A stretch of DNA of 64,000 nucleotides from Octopus vulgaris (taxonomy: Eukaryota), in NCBI GenBank assembly GCA_951406725.2, contig OX597818.1, positions 117,490,001-117,554,000 of the forward strand. Reading direction: 5' to 3'. A program made the translations under genes and the position numbers. Below, piece by piece: positions 1 through 11,979 of this stretch. The first letter of the stretch is position 1. The number at the start of each line of letters is the position of its first letter. The notes under the pieces are model-generated. The model was not told the origin of the DNA and ran no database searches. It worked only from the letters and a program-made list of their open reading frames with translations.

Positions 1-49
1 CAATTAGTATGTATTGAAAAGAACGCGTTCGTAGACGATAGAGTGTAAA

Positions 50-57
50 TGTATATA

Positions 58-120
<63 letters not shown>

Positions 121-250
121 TTATATATATATATATAAATACGTAATATATGTATGTGTATGTATGTATATATATATATGTATGTATATATATGTTTATT
201 ATATATATTTATATATACACATATACTATATATATATATATACATATATA

Positions 251-313
<63 letters not shown>

Positions 314-570
314 CATACACACATAACATGAGCAACACACACAGACACACACATATATAAATATATCATGGCTATGTTGAAAAATGTAAGTGCGTATATA
401 CTTACATATATTTAAGTATATATATATATACATACATATATATTCATATATATATGTAAATACATATATATATACATACATATATATATATATACATATA
501 TATATATACATACATATATATATATACATACATATATACATATATATATACATACATATATATATACACA

Positions 571-611
<41 letters not shown>

Positions 612-703
612 ACATCATATATATATACATACACATATATATACATACATACATATATATATATACATACATATATATATACATACATATATATATACAT
701 ACA

Positions 704-738
<35 letters not shown>

Positions 739-751
739 GCATATATATATG

Positions 752-783
<32 letters not shown>

Positions 784-789
784 GATAGT

Positions 790-865
<76 letters not shown>

Positions 866-867
866 TA
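50..867. repeat. Compound microsatellite block: (AT)n, (CT)n, degenerate (ATAC/AT)n, then (GATA)n/(GACA)n
   Basis: Directly visible tandem di- and tetranucleotide repeats; source of the YI/IYLS ORFs. Confidence 0.97.
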
Positions 868-1310
868 ACCCTCTGTGTATACATAAATACCGAAAGAGGA
901 CAAGTATACATGCAGATTATGCAAGCTCATCACATCGTTCGAAGAAACTACTTTCTATAGCAGTTCTTTGGCATTAATTTGATTGTCCGTCCTACGCTCT
1001 TAGATGTTGCTTAGCTCACAAACATGCCTGATTAACCATATCTATATTCAAAGTCATTCCGAGCATAACTACTCTGCTGCGCTTCTGTCATCATTTTACT
1101 TGCTCTACATTGACCGATTACCCGTTAATTCTTGTGGGATTTTAAGACAAATTTGCGGTTAAATATAGCAGGTACTATCCCTAACTTATTTGTTGCTGTG
1201 TAACCATAGCATTGACTTTCCGTGTCTTCCTTCTGCTTTGCCTAAAAATCCAGTGTCTTGCGCAGCTTGCTTGGTTCATATACTTGTTCATATACTTGTT
1301 GGGTTTCATT

Positions 1311-1715
1311 AAGGCAGTGAATTAGCAGAACCGTTTGCGGCATTTCGTCTGACTTTATGCTCCGATTCCAAATGCGCCAAAGTCGACTTTGCTTTTGATC
1401 CCTTCGGGTTCCATAAAATAAGTACCAGCTGAGTAATGGAATCAATATATGTTTCTTTATTACCAACAAGGGGCTAAACATAGAGGAGACAAACAAGGAC
1501 AGACAAAGGAATTATGTCGATTACATCGACCCTAGTGCGTAACTGGTACTTTATTTATCGACTCCGAAAGGATGAAAGGCAAAGTCGACCTCGGCGGAAT
1601 TTGAACTCAGAACGTAACGGCAGACGAAATACGGCTACGCATTTCGCCTGGCGTGCTAACGGTTTTGCCAGCTCGCCGCCTTAATGGAATCAATATAATG
1701 AGCTTACCTTCTCTT
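1311..1715 (+). mobile_element. Old diverged copy of SINE family D, interrupted by a younger copy
   Basis: AAGGCAGTGAATTAGCAGAA...AGTCGACTTTGCTTTTGATCCCTTCGGGTTCCATAAAATAAGTACCAG matches the family D copies at 4828 and 27915; interrupted at a 16-bp duplication. Confidence 0.75.
1450..1681 (-). mobile_element. tRNA-derived SINE family D (head GGCGGCGAGCTGGCAGAA; central GCCTTTCATCCTTTCGGGGTCGATAAA..AAGTACCAG), full length with TSD
   Basis: A-box/B-box-like head (GAGTTCAAATTCC); near-identical to copies at 4828, 20530 and 27915; TSD TAATGGAATCAATATA at 1434-1449 and 1682-1697. Confidence 0.92.
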
Positions 1716-3659
1716 TCCGTACTAAACAATTTTGAACTAATATATCTCTACGAATATTGAAATTTATTATTAAAGGCTCCAGATATAGTCCCTAAACAAA
1801 TCGTGAGGTTAACATCTTTTTTATCGTTTGAAGCTAACACTTGGTGCTACACATGAGTCCGTTTGATATTTACTAATCCCGTTGTGGTTTTGATATCAGT
1901 AATGGTTTCGGTTTTCAAATATCATTCCAAATTGAATCTTTCCAGTTTTGATTGTCCCATATCTTGTGTTCGTTTTATTGGACTACAGTATGTGTTGTGT
2001 GTTTCATATTTTGTAATACATTGTACGGTTTCAGAAAGATATTAGCTGCAATCTCTAGCAAATTAAGCAACAGAATAGAGGTTTCCATCTTGGCTTATCC
2101 TTCAGTCTGTTGAACGAACAGACAATGCTATCATAAGGAGACTGTAGAACCAGGAAGCCTCTTCAACAGCAGCAGTAGCCGTTCAAGAATTTGGACCTGG
2201 AGACCTCCGTTTCCAGCGACTTCGAGGGCCGCCTCCCAGGAGTGTCGAGCGTCAATGAAGAGCCCTCGACTACAACAAGACGACCAAAGTTTTTTTAATT
2301 TCCAATGTCTGGGGTCTCCCGCACTTAATCCCAAGACCATCACCTTATCACTCTTACCCTCTTGTTGCTTAACAACAACAACAGCAGCAGCATTAAATAA
2401 TATAAATTACTTCAAGCTTCTTTAAAAACAGTACATTGTTGAATATAACTGGAAACATTCGTCAGAGAAAAAAGAGGCCGGGTGTTCCCCGTTTGAAATC
2501 CTTTATCATAGATCTGTTCGGACGGGAATGACCTAGGGCTAGAAAGGTAAGAAAACCCACTTGGTAGCACAAATCAACGACATATGGCACAAAGGTGACA
2601 AAACATGTGAGACGAGGATATGTAAATAAATTTCAGTGGATGTTTTATTCTATGAAAGTATATTTAATAAAGTAGCAATTACGTTAGACACCTAACACTA
2701 TTTATGTTGAAATTCTAAGCTGTCTTTCTTTTCTTTTCTTTATGTAGCACATTCCCTGCATTCTCGCTTTTGTTCTATGAAGTATACATACACCAAGAGA
2801 GTAATAGCACCTAGTTTCGCTGGAATTTTTGCTGAGGACTGTTTAGTTCAATTGCCGAATTCCTGACCTTATTTCCGGGTTAATGTTTGTCCTATTAGAT
2901 AATGTATTTTGTATAACTACTTCAGGTAAACGAATCACTTCCAGCTGACAAAGAAAACGACAGGTGGTGAATGACAAATAATACTGATAATGATAGAGTA
3001 TACGATTATGATGTTGGTGGTTATGGTTAGGATTATAAATATTCATAAGTGCACAAGTATTTCGAGAAATTTATCCATCTGTTAAATCGATCCAAATATA
3101 ATTACTGGTATATAATTTGCGGACCGCCGTATCAAATAAATTTGCTTAGAAATGAAACAAGGTTATGAAGGCAATATTTCAGAATGGTTTTGAAAAGAAA
3201 CAATTATGACAACAGCAAATGCACGGAATGTCTGTTTTGCCTTGTTACAGTTGCATTCAGATGTTGTCATATAAATATATCAACTTGTTTAGAATGGTTA
3301 CTATGATAAAAGAAAACAAAAACACAAAAAAAGAGAGAGAAAGATAAAGAAAGATAAAGAAAAGTATTACATGCACATAGAAACAATTTTTAATGGTTTA
3401 TGAGTATTAGCATTTCTCTTTTACTTTCAGATTTTACTACCTGGTGAAATGACATTATCTACAATTACTGCTCATCAACTTTTACATACAACTTGCACAA
3501 GACACTGGAGCACAGCAAAATCTGCTCTCTTGACAAAGAACTGTTGATCGCTTATTTGCTATGAACTTTTTTCTGCATTGACATTATTTTGAATGAACAC
3601 TTTTAAATAATTTCGTATTCTCTTTCTCTCCCTATATATATATATATATACACACACAT

Positions 3660-3880
3660 GTATTTTGCCATGATGGACCTCTGAAATCTACAAGATTTTG
3701 CTTCTCTTTCTCTCTCTCTCTCTCTCTCTCTGTTTATTTTCCCCGATTCATTTCCGTTGAAGAGCGTAGGCTCGAAACGTAACAGACTTTTTCATTTTTC
3801 CTGAGCGTCAATCTAATTCACTTGCTTGTTTCTCATACACCTGCCTTCGTCTTCTGTTTTTGTATATATTTCAACTACAT
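3660..3880 (+). mobile_element. PLE-like terminal fragment between (AT)n tracts with a hammerhead-like motif
   Basis: TTGAAGAGCGTAGGCTCGAAACGTA at about 3767-3781; homologous minus-strand copy at 62030-62207; flanked by AT microsatellites. PLE identity is inference. Confidence 0.65.
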
Positions 3881-3886
3881 ATATGT

Positions 3887-3946
<60 letters not shown>

Positions 3947-4827
3947 GCATTTCTGTTTATTTTCGGCCACTGTTTTTTATAGAGAGGGCAACTAGTGCAC
4001 CAACACTCGAAATCGAGTTGAGTCGTCAATTTACGGAGTTAAATTCACACCATAGCAACAGCATCTTCATGTGAGACGCTGAATTATGGTCCATTCGGCA
4101 GTTAGACATCATGTAATAGATTATCATAGATCTTTCTGGAACGTCCATGTACGATGGTTATAGTAGGCATGTTTTTAGTGCCAACATCGCAGAGTGTCGT
4201 ACACTAAAGGGTGAAACGTTGCCTTCATTCTTACGACGCTTTCTTGCACATGGATCAGCCGATTCATTGACTCGTAGCTTTAAACATTAGTTTCTATGTT
4301 TATGACTCAATCTAGCAGACAGTAGCCATAGTTCCATGACATAAACCTAGGTTGTATATTTTTTTTCTAACTTGGCAGCTTAATTATAGAGCCTGTTTAA
4401 TCAGCTGTTCGTGGAAGCCACACAATTATTCCTTCCAGTGTATCGAGGTTGCTGATGCAAGTTCTAAATTATAAACAATATGAAAATTTACTTCTTTGGT
4501 ATAATAAAAAATACTATTAATTGTTCGCGTGGTCTTTTATCATCATTTGCACACTGCCTCATACAAATTTCCTTGCGACATAGACACACGTATGAAATGT
4601 TGGAGAAGAAAACACTCGCATGCTATATATGATTATGGAATGTAGTATTTACTAAATTTAAAGGTTTCCTAAGAAAGGGATCTGTGATAAACACGAAGAC
4701 TTACGGATGCCAAACAATGTAAACTTGGAAACATTGTGAGTTCTTAGGTTCGTCAAAAGATTCTAATACGCCTGAATAGAACTGCTGTTTAATAATGGAA
4801 CGGGTGTTGCATTATTGTGCTCTAATC

Positions 4828-5092
4828 AAGGCGGTGGGCTGGCAGAAACGTTAGCATGCCGGGCGAAATGCTTAGCGGTATTTCGTCTGCCGTTGCGTTC
4901 TGAGTTCAAATTCCGCCGAGGTCGACTTCGCCTTTCATCCTTTCGGGGTCGATTAGATAGGTACCAGTTACGCACAGGGGTCGATATAATCGACTTAATC
5001 CGTTTGTCTGTCCTTGCTTGTCCTTTCTGTGTGTAGCCCCTTGTGGGTAGTAAAGAAATAGGTATTACCGTCTGCCGTTACGTTCTGAGTTT
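4828..5092 (+). mobile_element. SINE family D plus the start of a second tandem unit
   Basis: Full copy ending TAAAGAAATA (5060), then a restart GGTATTACCGTCTGCCGTTACGTTCTGAG as at 28147. Confidence 0.9.
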
Positions 5093-5193
5093 TCATACAA
5101 GTGCAAAAGGAGCAAACCGTCGGTTACGATGACGAAGATTCCAGCTCATACGATCAACAGAACAGCTGACAAATAAATACGCATACACATACA

Positions 5194-5226
<33 letters not shown>

Positions 5227-5229
5227 TAT

Positions 5230-5370
5230 TTTATTCTTTTATTCTTTTACTTGCTTCAGTCATTTGACTGCGGCCATGCTGGAGCACCGCCTTTAGTGGA
5301 ATCGAAACGACCCCATGACTTATTCTTTGTAAGCCTAGTACTTAATCTATCGGTCTCTTTTGCCGAACCG

Positions 5371-5373
<3 letters not shown>
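5230..5373 (-). mobile_element. SINE family A, 3' part only
   Basis: Reverse complement of ...GGCGGTGCTCCAGCATGGCCGCAGTCAAATGACTGAAGCAAGTAAAAG; truncated at an (AT)n tract. Confidence 0.9.
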
Positions 5374-5404
<31 letters not shown>

Positions 5405-5407
<3 letters not shown>

Positions 5408-5762
5408 CATGAGCGTTCAATAAGACTATACTTGTTCCCCATCCTCGCGTTGTTGTGTTTTCTCTTTGTTCATGTTTGGATTTATCTGTAAATATAATAT
5501 GTGACAAAATTATTCGATAGTCATGATAAAACTCCGAGTTTCGGATGTCGGGGCAGAAACTCACGCCGCCATCTCTTCAGTTCTCAGTCCATCGAAAAAA
5601 TGCCGAAAAAAGGCGGCGTGGGTTTCCGCCCTGGCATCCGAAACTCGGAGTTTTATCATGGCTACCGAATAATTGCTACATATTATATTTACAGATAAAT
5701 TCCTCTATTTACATAATATAGAGGTGTCTTTCATTCTTTTGTTGTCTTACCATTTCTATTAA
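5405..5762. mobile_element. PLE-like fold-back element inserted in (AT)n
   Basis: Inverted arms 5480-5580 and about 5603-5700; hammerhead core in the arms; (AT)n on both sides; end sequence recurs in reverse at about 50996-51040. Confidence 0.7.
5524..5586 (-). ncRNA. Minimal type I hammerhead ribozyme candidate
   Basis: Minus strand reads TGAGAA-CTGAAGA-GATG..CATC-C-GAAA-CTCGGAGT-T-TTATCA: intact core, stem II GATG/CATC, stem III ACTC/GAGT, stem I TGAGAA/TTATCA (1 mismatch). Confidence 0.7.
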
Positions 5763-6417
5763 TATATATATATATATAAATATATATTTGTGTGTGTATG
5801 TACGTGTGCGCGAGTGTGTGTATTTTCGTGTATATAAATCAAAGTGAATATTGTTCGCGCTACAGGTTGTAGACTGCGTATGCACATATATATTTAATTA
5901 GACAGAAATCAGATTTTCAAGCAGTTACTTTTCTTTACATGACATTAGTTGATGGCTTTGTCAGTCTCATCCTTTTTTTAGGTCAATCCGTGTGTATGTG
6001 TTTATGCGTGTGTATGAACCTATTTCGTGTGTATGTGAGTGTATGTATATCTATGCGTGTGTAAATTCAAAGAAACAGATAGAGATTGAAAGTATTAGGC
6101 CAACACTTACAAATACGAGAATCATTTTAATAGTTGACCTTAGTTGACCTTTAGTCTGAAAGAACATGGATTTGCGCTTCGTTGCTTTCATTCCCAGCTA
6201 CCTAGACATATTCCTTGATCTATATTCAATTTTTAAGTGGGTTCGACTATCATACACGCTGAACCAAGTCTAGGTGTCGGCGTATATTACTTAATTGTAA
6301 ATAGGTTTCTACAATAGTTGACCTTTCGATTTTACTTCTCTTTCAATAACGCGTCTGGCCTACCTCTGATAACTGGCCGTTATACATAGAATATATACTC
6401 AAATGACAAATACATAT

Positions 6418-6584
6418 AGGCGCAGGAGTGGCTGTGTGCTACGTAGCTTGCTTACCAACCACATGGTTCCGGGTTCAGTCCCACTGTGTGGCGCCTTGGG
6501 CGACTGTCTTCTACTATAGCTTCGGGCCGACCAAAGCCTTGTGAGTGGATATGGTTGATGGAAACTGAAAGAAGCCCGTCGTAT

Positions 6585-6623
<39 letters not shown>

Positions 6624-6786
6624 ACGGTGTGTGTGTGTACGTGTGTGTATGTATGTGTGTGTATGTGTGTGTGTGTGTTTGTGCGTCTGTGTTTGTCCCC
6701 CAGCATCGCTTGACAACCGATGCTGGTGTGTTTACGTTTCCGTAATTTAGCGGTTCGGCAAAAGATACCGATAGAATAAGTACTAG
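6418..6786 (+). mobile_element. SINE family A (tRNA head, CORE-like domain, central microsatellite), 3' truncated
   Basis: AGGCGCAGGAGTGGCTGTGTG...GGTTCCGGGTTCAGTCCC...CCTTGGGC..TGTCTTCT...GAAGCCCGTCG[CA/TA/TG]n...CATCGCTTGACAACCGATGCTGG; 13 copies in the window. Confidence 0.93.
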
Positions 6787-6789
6787 TAA

Positions 6790-6968
6790 CAAAAAGGACA
6801 TGTAACAAAAACATCTTTAAATGATTATTATGGAGCATATTCACCATCTACTTCAATTACTGCTTTCCATCTGCATGCGGACGGTCAGACTGTCATTTAA
6901 ATATTTTTTTGTTAAATACACTTTTTTTTTATGAGAAAAAGCCGCAATAATTATGCACCAACCCGACA
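6790..6968 (-). mobile_element. Internally deleted mariner remnant (TIR plus transposase C-terminus)
   Basis: TIR-like GCCGCAATAATTATGCACCAACCCGA resembles Hsmar1/Made1-type ends; minus-strand translation RWKAVIEVDGEYAP* resembles the mariner C-terminal RW..VI..NG.Y motif. Confidence 0.6.
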
Positions 6969-8138
6969 TACATACACATGCGCCATCCTACCATCACATA
7001 TATAAACAAATATATTATACACAAATATGATATAATGTAGAAATTGTTACTGTCATTGTTGAATCAATGCCGACTCTGATAGAACATTCCTATGGTCAAA
7101 GCTGTGCTACCTGTGTACAAAATATTGTTCATCTCTTGCTTCGAGGAATCTTGTACGAATACCTGGTCAGTGTATCGTTTTGATTTCGGTTGTTGTTTGA
7201 TGGAATGTCCAGTGAGAATATACCAATGGAAAGCAAATTTTACTGTGTGCAATTGGACACAAAAACACACACATACACACACACACACGCATACTTAGCA
7301 AGCAATTTTCAAATCTTCATTCGACTACCAGCTGCGTTCACTAATTTCATTATTCTTTTCGATTCAATATATTCACCAGGACGTTTTAGTAGATGTTTAG
7401 ACGTTACATCAGAAACATTCATTTTTGTTTTTTCAACTTTTACATTTCTATGGCATGATTTAATGCTTAAGAGATTGCTTTCACAATATGTTTGGTTAAA
7501 AGTCTAAAACAATGGGAAATTGGGACAAATGCATTCAACCGTATCACTGAAACAAACCTAGGAAGAGAAATTGTCAAACCTGATGATATTAACATTAATA
7601 TGACATAGATATCTATTTGCGATAAGTGAGCACAACTGCAAACAAACCTCTAAAATTGCCTGGGCATTATATAAAAAGATATCTTATACTAGAGTGATAC
7701 GAATATAATCTAAACGCAAACAGAAAAGAAAATTATATAAATATTTGGAATAATTATAGGCAGACGATTACGAGAGAATCTTCATGAACTCGCACAGTAA
7801 GCTGAGAAATTTATTACCGCGTCTATATGTCTAGTGGTAATGGCGAAGTTTTATGACGAGATTTAAAGGACTGAAAACAGATACTTATCTCTACGTCCAA
7901 GCTCCATTTTTCAAGTTCCATTTGAAAGGGAAAGTGAGGGTGGAGAGAGAATTCTGCCCTCATTCCCCTTTCCCTAGTATTTTTGTTGAAAGTTTTTTGT
8001 TAAATATAGATATTGTTTTTGTTGAATAAAATTTGTTGAAAAAAAGCCGTAATAATTATGCACCAAACCAATATGCATACACTTGCGCCATCCCACCACC
8101 ACATATATGCACAAATATGATATATTGGAGAAATTGTT

Positions 8139-8430
8139 ACATGGTTCCGGGTTTAGTCCCATTGCGTGGCGCCTTGGGCAAGCCTTGTGAGTGGATTTGG
8201 TAGATGGAAACTGAAAGAAGCTCGTCGTATATATGTATGTGTATATATGTATGTGTGTGTGTGTGTGTGTATATTTGTGTTTGTCACCCCCCCCCCCCAA
8301 ACATCACTTGACAACCGATGCTGGTGTGTTTAGGTCCCCGATAGAATAAGTACTAGTCGATTTGTTCGACTAAAAGGCGGTGCTCCAGCATGGCGACAGT
8401 CAAATGAGTGAAACAAGTAAAAGAGTAAAA
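8139..8430 (+). mobile_element. SINE family A, 5' truncated with internal deletions
   Basis: Matches family A from ACATGGTTCC to the ...GAAACAAGTAAAAGAGTAAAA tail. Confidence 0.9.
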
Positions 8431-8770
8431 AGGTGGGTGAACGTGTCGACGATGGCAGGTGTGAACGGGCCGACTCTGAATTTCCGCTTGTAAACCGGTG
8501 GAGTTGAGAAGGAGAGAGGCTCTTGCTGAGGTGCAACGCGCGGTCAAGATAACCAGGATGTGTGGGGTACCTCGGTTGTCCCTGTGGGGAACACCCAACA
8601 TTTTGGGGAATTTTATTGTGTAATCGTATTGTTAATCGTCATTGTCGTTTTATTGTATACTTGATTCTTGCATTAAACCTCACGTGTTCCTAGTTTGGGA
8701 TTGTCTGTATTATTTTGCTTAAGGCACTTGAGGCCAATAAAGAAACGATTACTACTACTACTACTACTAC
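8431..8770 (+). mobile_element. LINE 3' end (Tx1/L1-like): ORF2 terminus, 3' UTR, AATAAA, (ACT)n tail
   Basis: Reads RWVNVSTMAGVNGPTLNFRL*, then a GT-rich UTR, AATAAA at about 8736 and an (ACT)n tail. Clade assignment is from recollection only. Confidence 0.45.
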
Positions 8771-8828
8771 GATATTGCGGTGGGGCACAAAAACATAGAT
8801 GCACAATTAGATACGTACACGCATGCAC

Positions 8829-8883
<55 letters not shown>

Positions 8884-8884
8884 G

Positions 8885-9047
8885 GGAGGGCTTCTTTCAG
8901 TTTCCGTCTACCAAAATTACTCACAAGGCTTTGGTCGGCCCGAGGCTATAGCAGAAGATACCTGCCCAAAGCGCTATTCAGTGGGACTGAATCCGGAATC
9001 ATGTGGTTCGGAAGCAAGATTCTCATTATACCGTCACGCCTGCGCCT
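8885..9047 (-). mobile_element. SINE family A, 5' half
   Basis: Reverse complement of head and CORE-like region, ending in (AT)n. Confidence 0.88.
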
Positions 9048-9226
9048 TAGGCTAACTTTGTAGAATTGTACAGAACGTTATCGTCATTTCTCATTAACCT
9101 ATTCGTGCACAGAAATCTCCAGAATGTTTCGATGGTATGACAACAGAAAGGATATGTGAAGAAAAAAAGTTTATCAGCATTGTGTCTGCAGCTAAAAGAA
9201 TCTTGTTCCCCATTTAAAGTGGGGCG

Positions 9227-9593
9227 AAAGTAAAGCGCGTGCACACCATCAATCGGACGAAAATGGAACTTCCGGCGTTTTTAGTCTTTTTGAGAGCGGG
9301 AGGTGATGGGTGAGTGACATGGGGTAAGGGACCTGGAGTGTTTCTTTAAAGGAAATTAAAATTAAAAAAAAAATTTCTAGATTTTTAATCTCTTTATTTT
9401 TACACGTGTATTGAAAAAAATTCGAAACAAATAATTAAGAAAATGGTGGTAGTGTGTGGGATTAATTAAACTTTTGAAAACGTGATTTTTGAGCAAAACC
9501 GTATTCTTTTATTGAAAACATAGAAATCCGTAAAAAAATTGGAAGAAATTGAAAAAGCATCGGAAATGGGTGGTGTGCACGCGCTTTGCCTTT
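9227..9593. mobile_element. MITE with about 22-bp terminal inverted repeats
   Basis: AAAGTAAAGCGCGTGCACACCA (9227-9248) versus TGGTGTGCACGCGCTTTGCCTTT (9571-9593); AT-rich non-coding interior. Confidence 0.75.
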
Positions 9594-9610
9594 GACAGAA
9601 GTGTTTCTAG

Positions 9611-9922
9611 GTCGGGTGCGACGACAAGTGTTCCAGTTGACCCGCTCAACGGAACAACCAGCTCGTGGAATTAAGGTGCGAGTGGTAGAGCACTCCATAG
9701 ACACGTATGCCCTTCAAGTAGTTCTCAGGGAGCTTCAACGTAACAGAGAATCTGATAAGGTAAGGCTGGCCTTTTGAATCACGGGTACAACTCATTTTTG
9801 CCCTCTGAGTGAACTGGAGCAACGTGAAATAAAAAAGTCCTGCTCAAGGATATAATATGCCGACAGAAATCTAACTCTGGACCGGGAGCCGATTCTCTGA
9901 CCACTAAGTCTCACGCCTTCAC
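9611..9922 (-). mobile_element. SINE: head B (CORE-like) plus tail Y, diverged
   Basis: CTGGAGCAACGTGAAATAAA..TGCTCAAG shared with 12921/45646; tail shared with 40776 and 41569. Confidence 0.8.
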
Positions 9923-10050
9923 TGTTTCCAAATTTTTCTGGATAAGATGCGTTTTTCAAAATGGATGAATAATTCCAAACGTAACAACGCACACAGCTTC
10001 AAATATGAGAGGGTAGAAAATTCTTTGGCAGTTATTCTTTTATACTTTTG

Positions 10051-10255
10051 TTCTTTTACTTTTTTCAGTTACTTGATTGGTGTCATACTGGAGCACCTCA
10101 TTTTAGTCGAACAAATCGACCACTGGACTTATTCTTTGTATTTCTGTTTCTTGTTCTATCAGTCTCTTCTCCCGAATCACTAAGCTAACTTCGACGCAAA
10201 CAAAACCATCGGTTGTCAAGCGATGGGGTCGGGAGACCAACATAAGCACAAAGAC

Positions 10256-10305
<50 letters not shown>

Positions 10306-10306
10306 A

Positions 10307-10352
<46 letters not shown>

Positions 10353-10548
10353 GCTATCTATCTATATATATATATATATATACAAGACGGGATTCTCTCA
10401 ATTTCATTCTGCCAAATCAGCTAACAAGGCTTTGGTTAGCCAGGGGCTATAGTAGACGACAGCAGCCCAAGTTGCCACGCAGTGAGACTGAACCGGGAGC
10501 CATGTAGTTGGGAAGCAAGCTACTTGCCACACAGCCACCCCTGCGTCT
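10051..10548 (-). mobile_element. SINE family A, full length, diverged
   Basis: Head, central (CA)n(TATC)n(TA)n and tail all present. Confidence 0.88.
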
Positions 10549-11008
10549 CTACGAACAGTGAATATTAATATTACTAGTATTAATATTACTAGTATTAATA
10601 TTACTATTACTATTAGTATTAATATTAATATTACTATTATTAGTATCAATAACAACAACGACAAAGTCGGCGACTAAGACATAAACTCATACACCTACAT
10701 CCACACACACAAACTCTGTGAAACATTTATACAAAGAAATATTGCTGAAAGCGGTAATTTTACCCTCAATATTGGTTTAACACTGAAATTGGACAGAATT
10801 TCATTGAAGGAAAAACTAATAAAATGTCTGAATTTTACCATATGTATGCATTGCAGTAGTCCCAAGGACACAATTTTAAGGCCTATTGAATGATGGCGAA
10901 GCCTTTTAGCTGTCGTGAAAGGACCGTACGATTCATTTGGAACCTTTCTATATTTATGATGATTAAAAGTTGCAAAACAGATATATACACCCAGGTATTG
11001 CCATTCAT

Positions 11009-11044
<36 letters not shown>

Positions 11045-11186
11045 TCATACATATGTATATGCATGTGTGCATATGTAAATATATGTACGTATGTATATAC
11101 ATACATATTTTCATATACTATTTGTCATACGTAAGATACATACATGCATCATACTTATGTATACATACCTGATGCATTCATAATAA

Positions 11187-11258
<72 letters not shown>

Positions 11259-11328
11259 ACATATATATATTTATATACATATATATACAGATAAATATTC
11301 AGTTCAAATACAATGTCATAAATAATGT

Positions 11329-11361
<33 letters not shown>

Positions 11362-11846
11362 ACATACACACACACACGAACATTTATACATATATATATA
11401 TATATATTTCTCAGTGTGTTTATGTGTCACAGAGACAGAGAGAGAGACAGAGAGACAGAGACAGAGAGAGAGAGAGAAAAAAAAGAGAGACAAAGAGACA
11501 GATAGAAAAGGAAAGAGAGGAAGAGAGTAAGAGACCTATGCTAGCATGCTTACCAGCAGGTGTATATGTAAATCCGCAGTTGTACGTAGTTTTAACCCAG
11601 ATGACTCCATTGGATTCATTTCATTACTGAGAACTTCTACTGATTCGAGACATTTGATAAATTCTTGTAAAAGAATAATTACATACATTTCTACTGATTC
11701 CACTCACCAACATCACCAACCACAGGCGAGAGATGTATATATTTTCAAATATATTTATATTGGCATCGCCTTTATTTGTTCAATTTAATGTGTTGGTATC
11801 GAAATAGAAAATGTTTCTGCTTACAAAAATCAATCACCAGAATTGT

Positions 11847-11929
<83 letters not shown>

Positions 11930-11934
11930 CACAC

Positions 11935-11979
<45 letters not shown>

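Noticed and set aside
154-933. Long YI/IYLS/HT/CV-rich ORFs here and throughout the ORF track
   Set aside because: They are translations of (AT)n, (CA)n and (GATA)n microsatellites that lack stop codons in some frames.
2131-2343. GC-richer island with a short ORF
   Set aside because: No recognisable motif in any frame; possibly a LINE remnant but cannot be supported.
2748-2925. Exon-like segment with a pyrimidine tract plus AG and a downstream CAG|GTAAAC
   Set aside because: Stop codons in all three frames; splice-like signals are common by chance in AT-rich DNA; needs RNA-seq.
7305-7503. Minus-strand acceptor followed by an open frame (TFNQTYCESNLLSIK...)
   Set aside because: No recognisable protein similarity and no linked exons; unsupported without transcripts.
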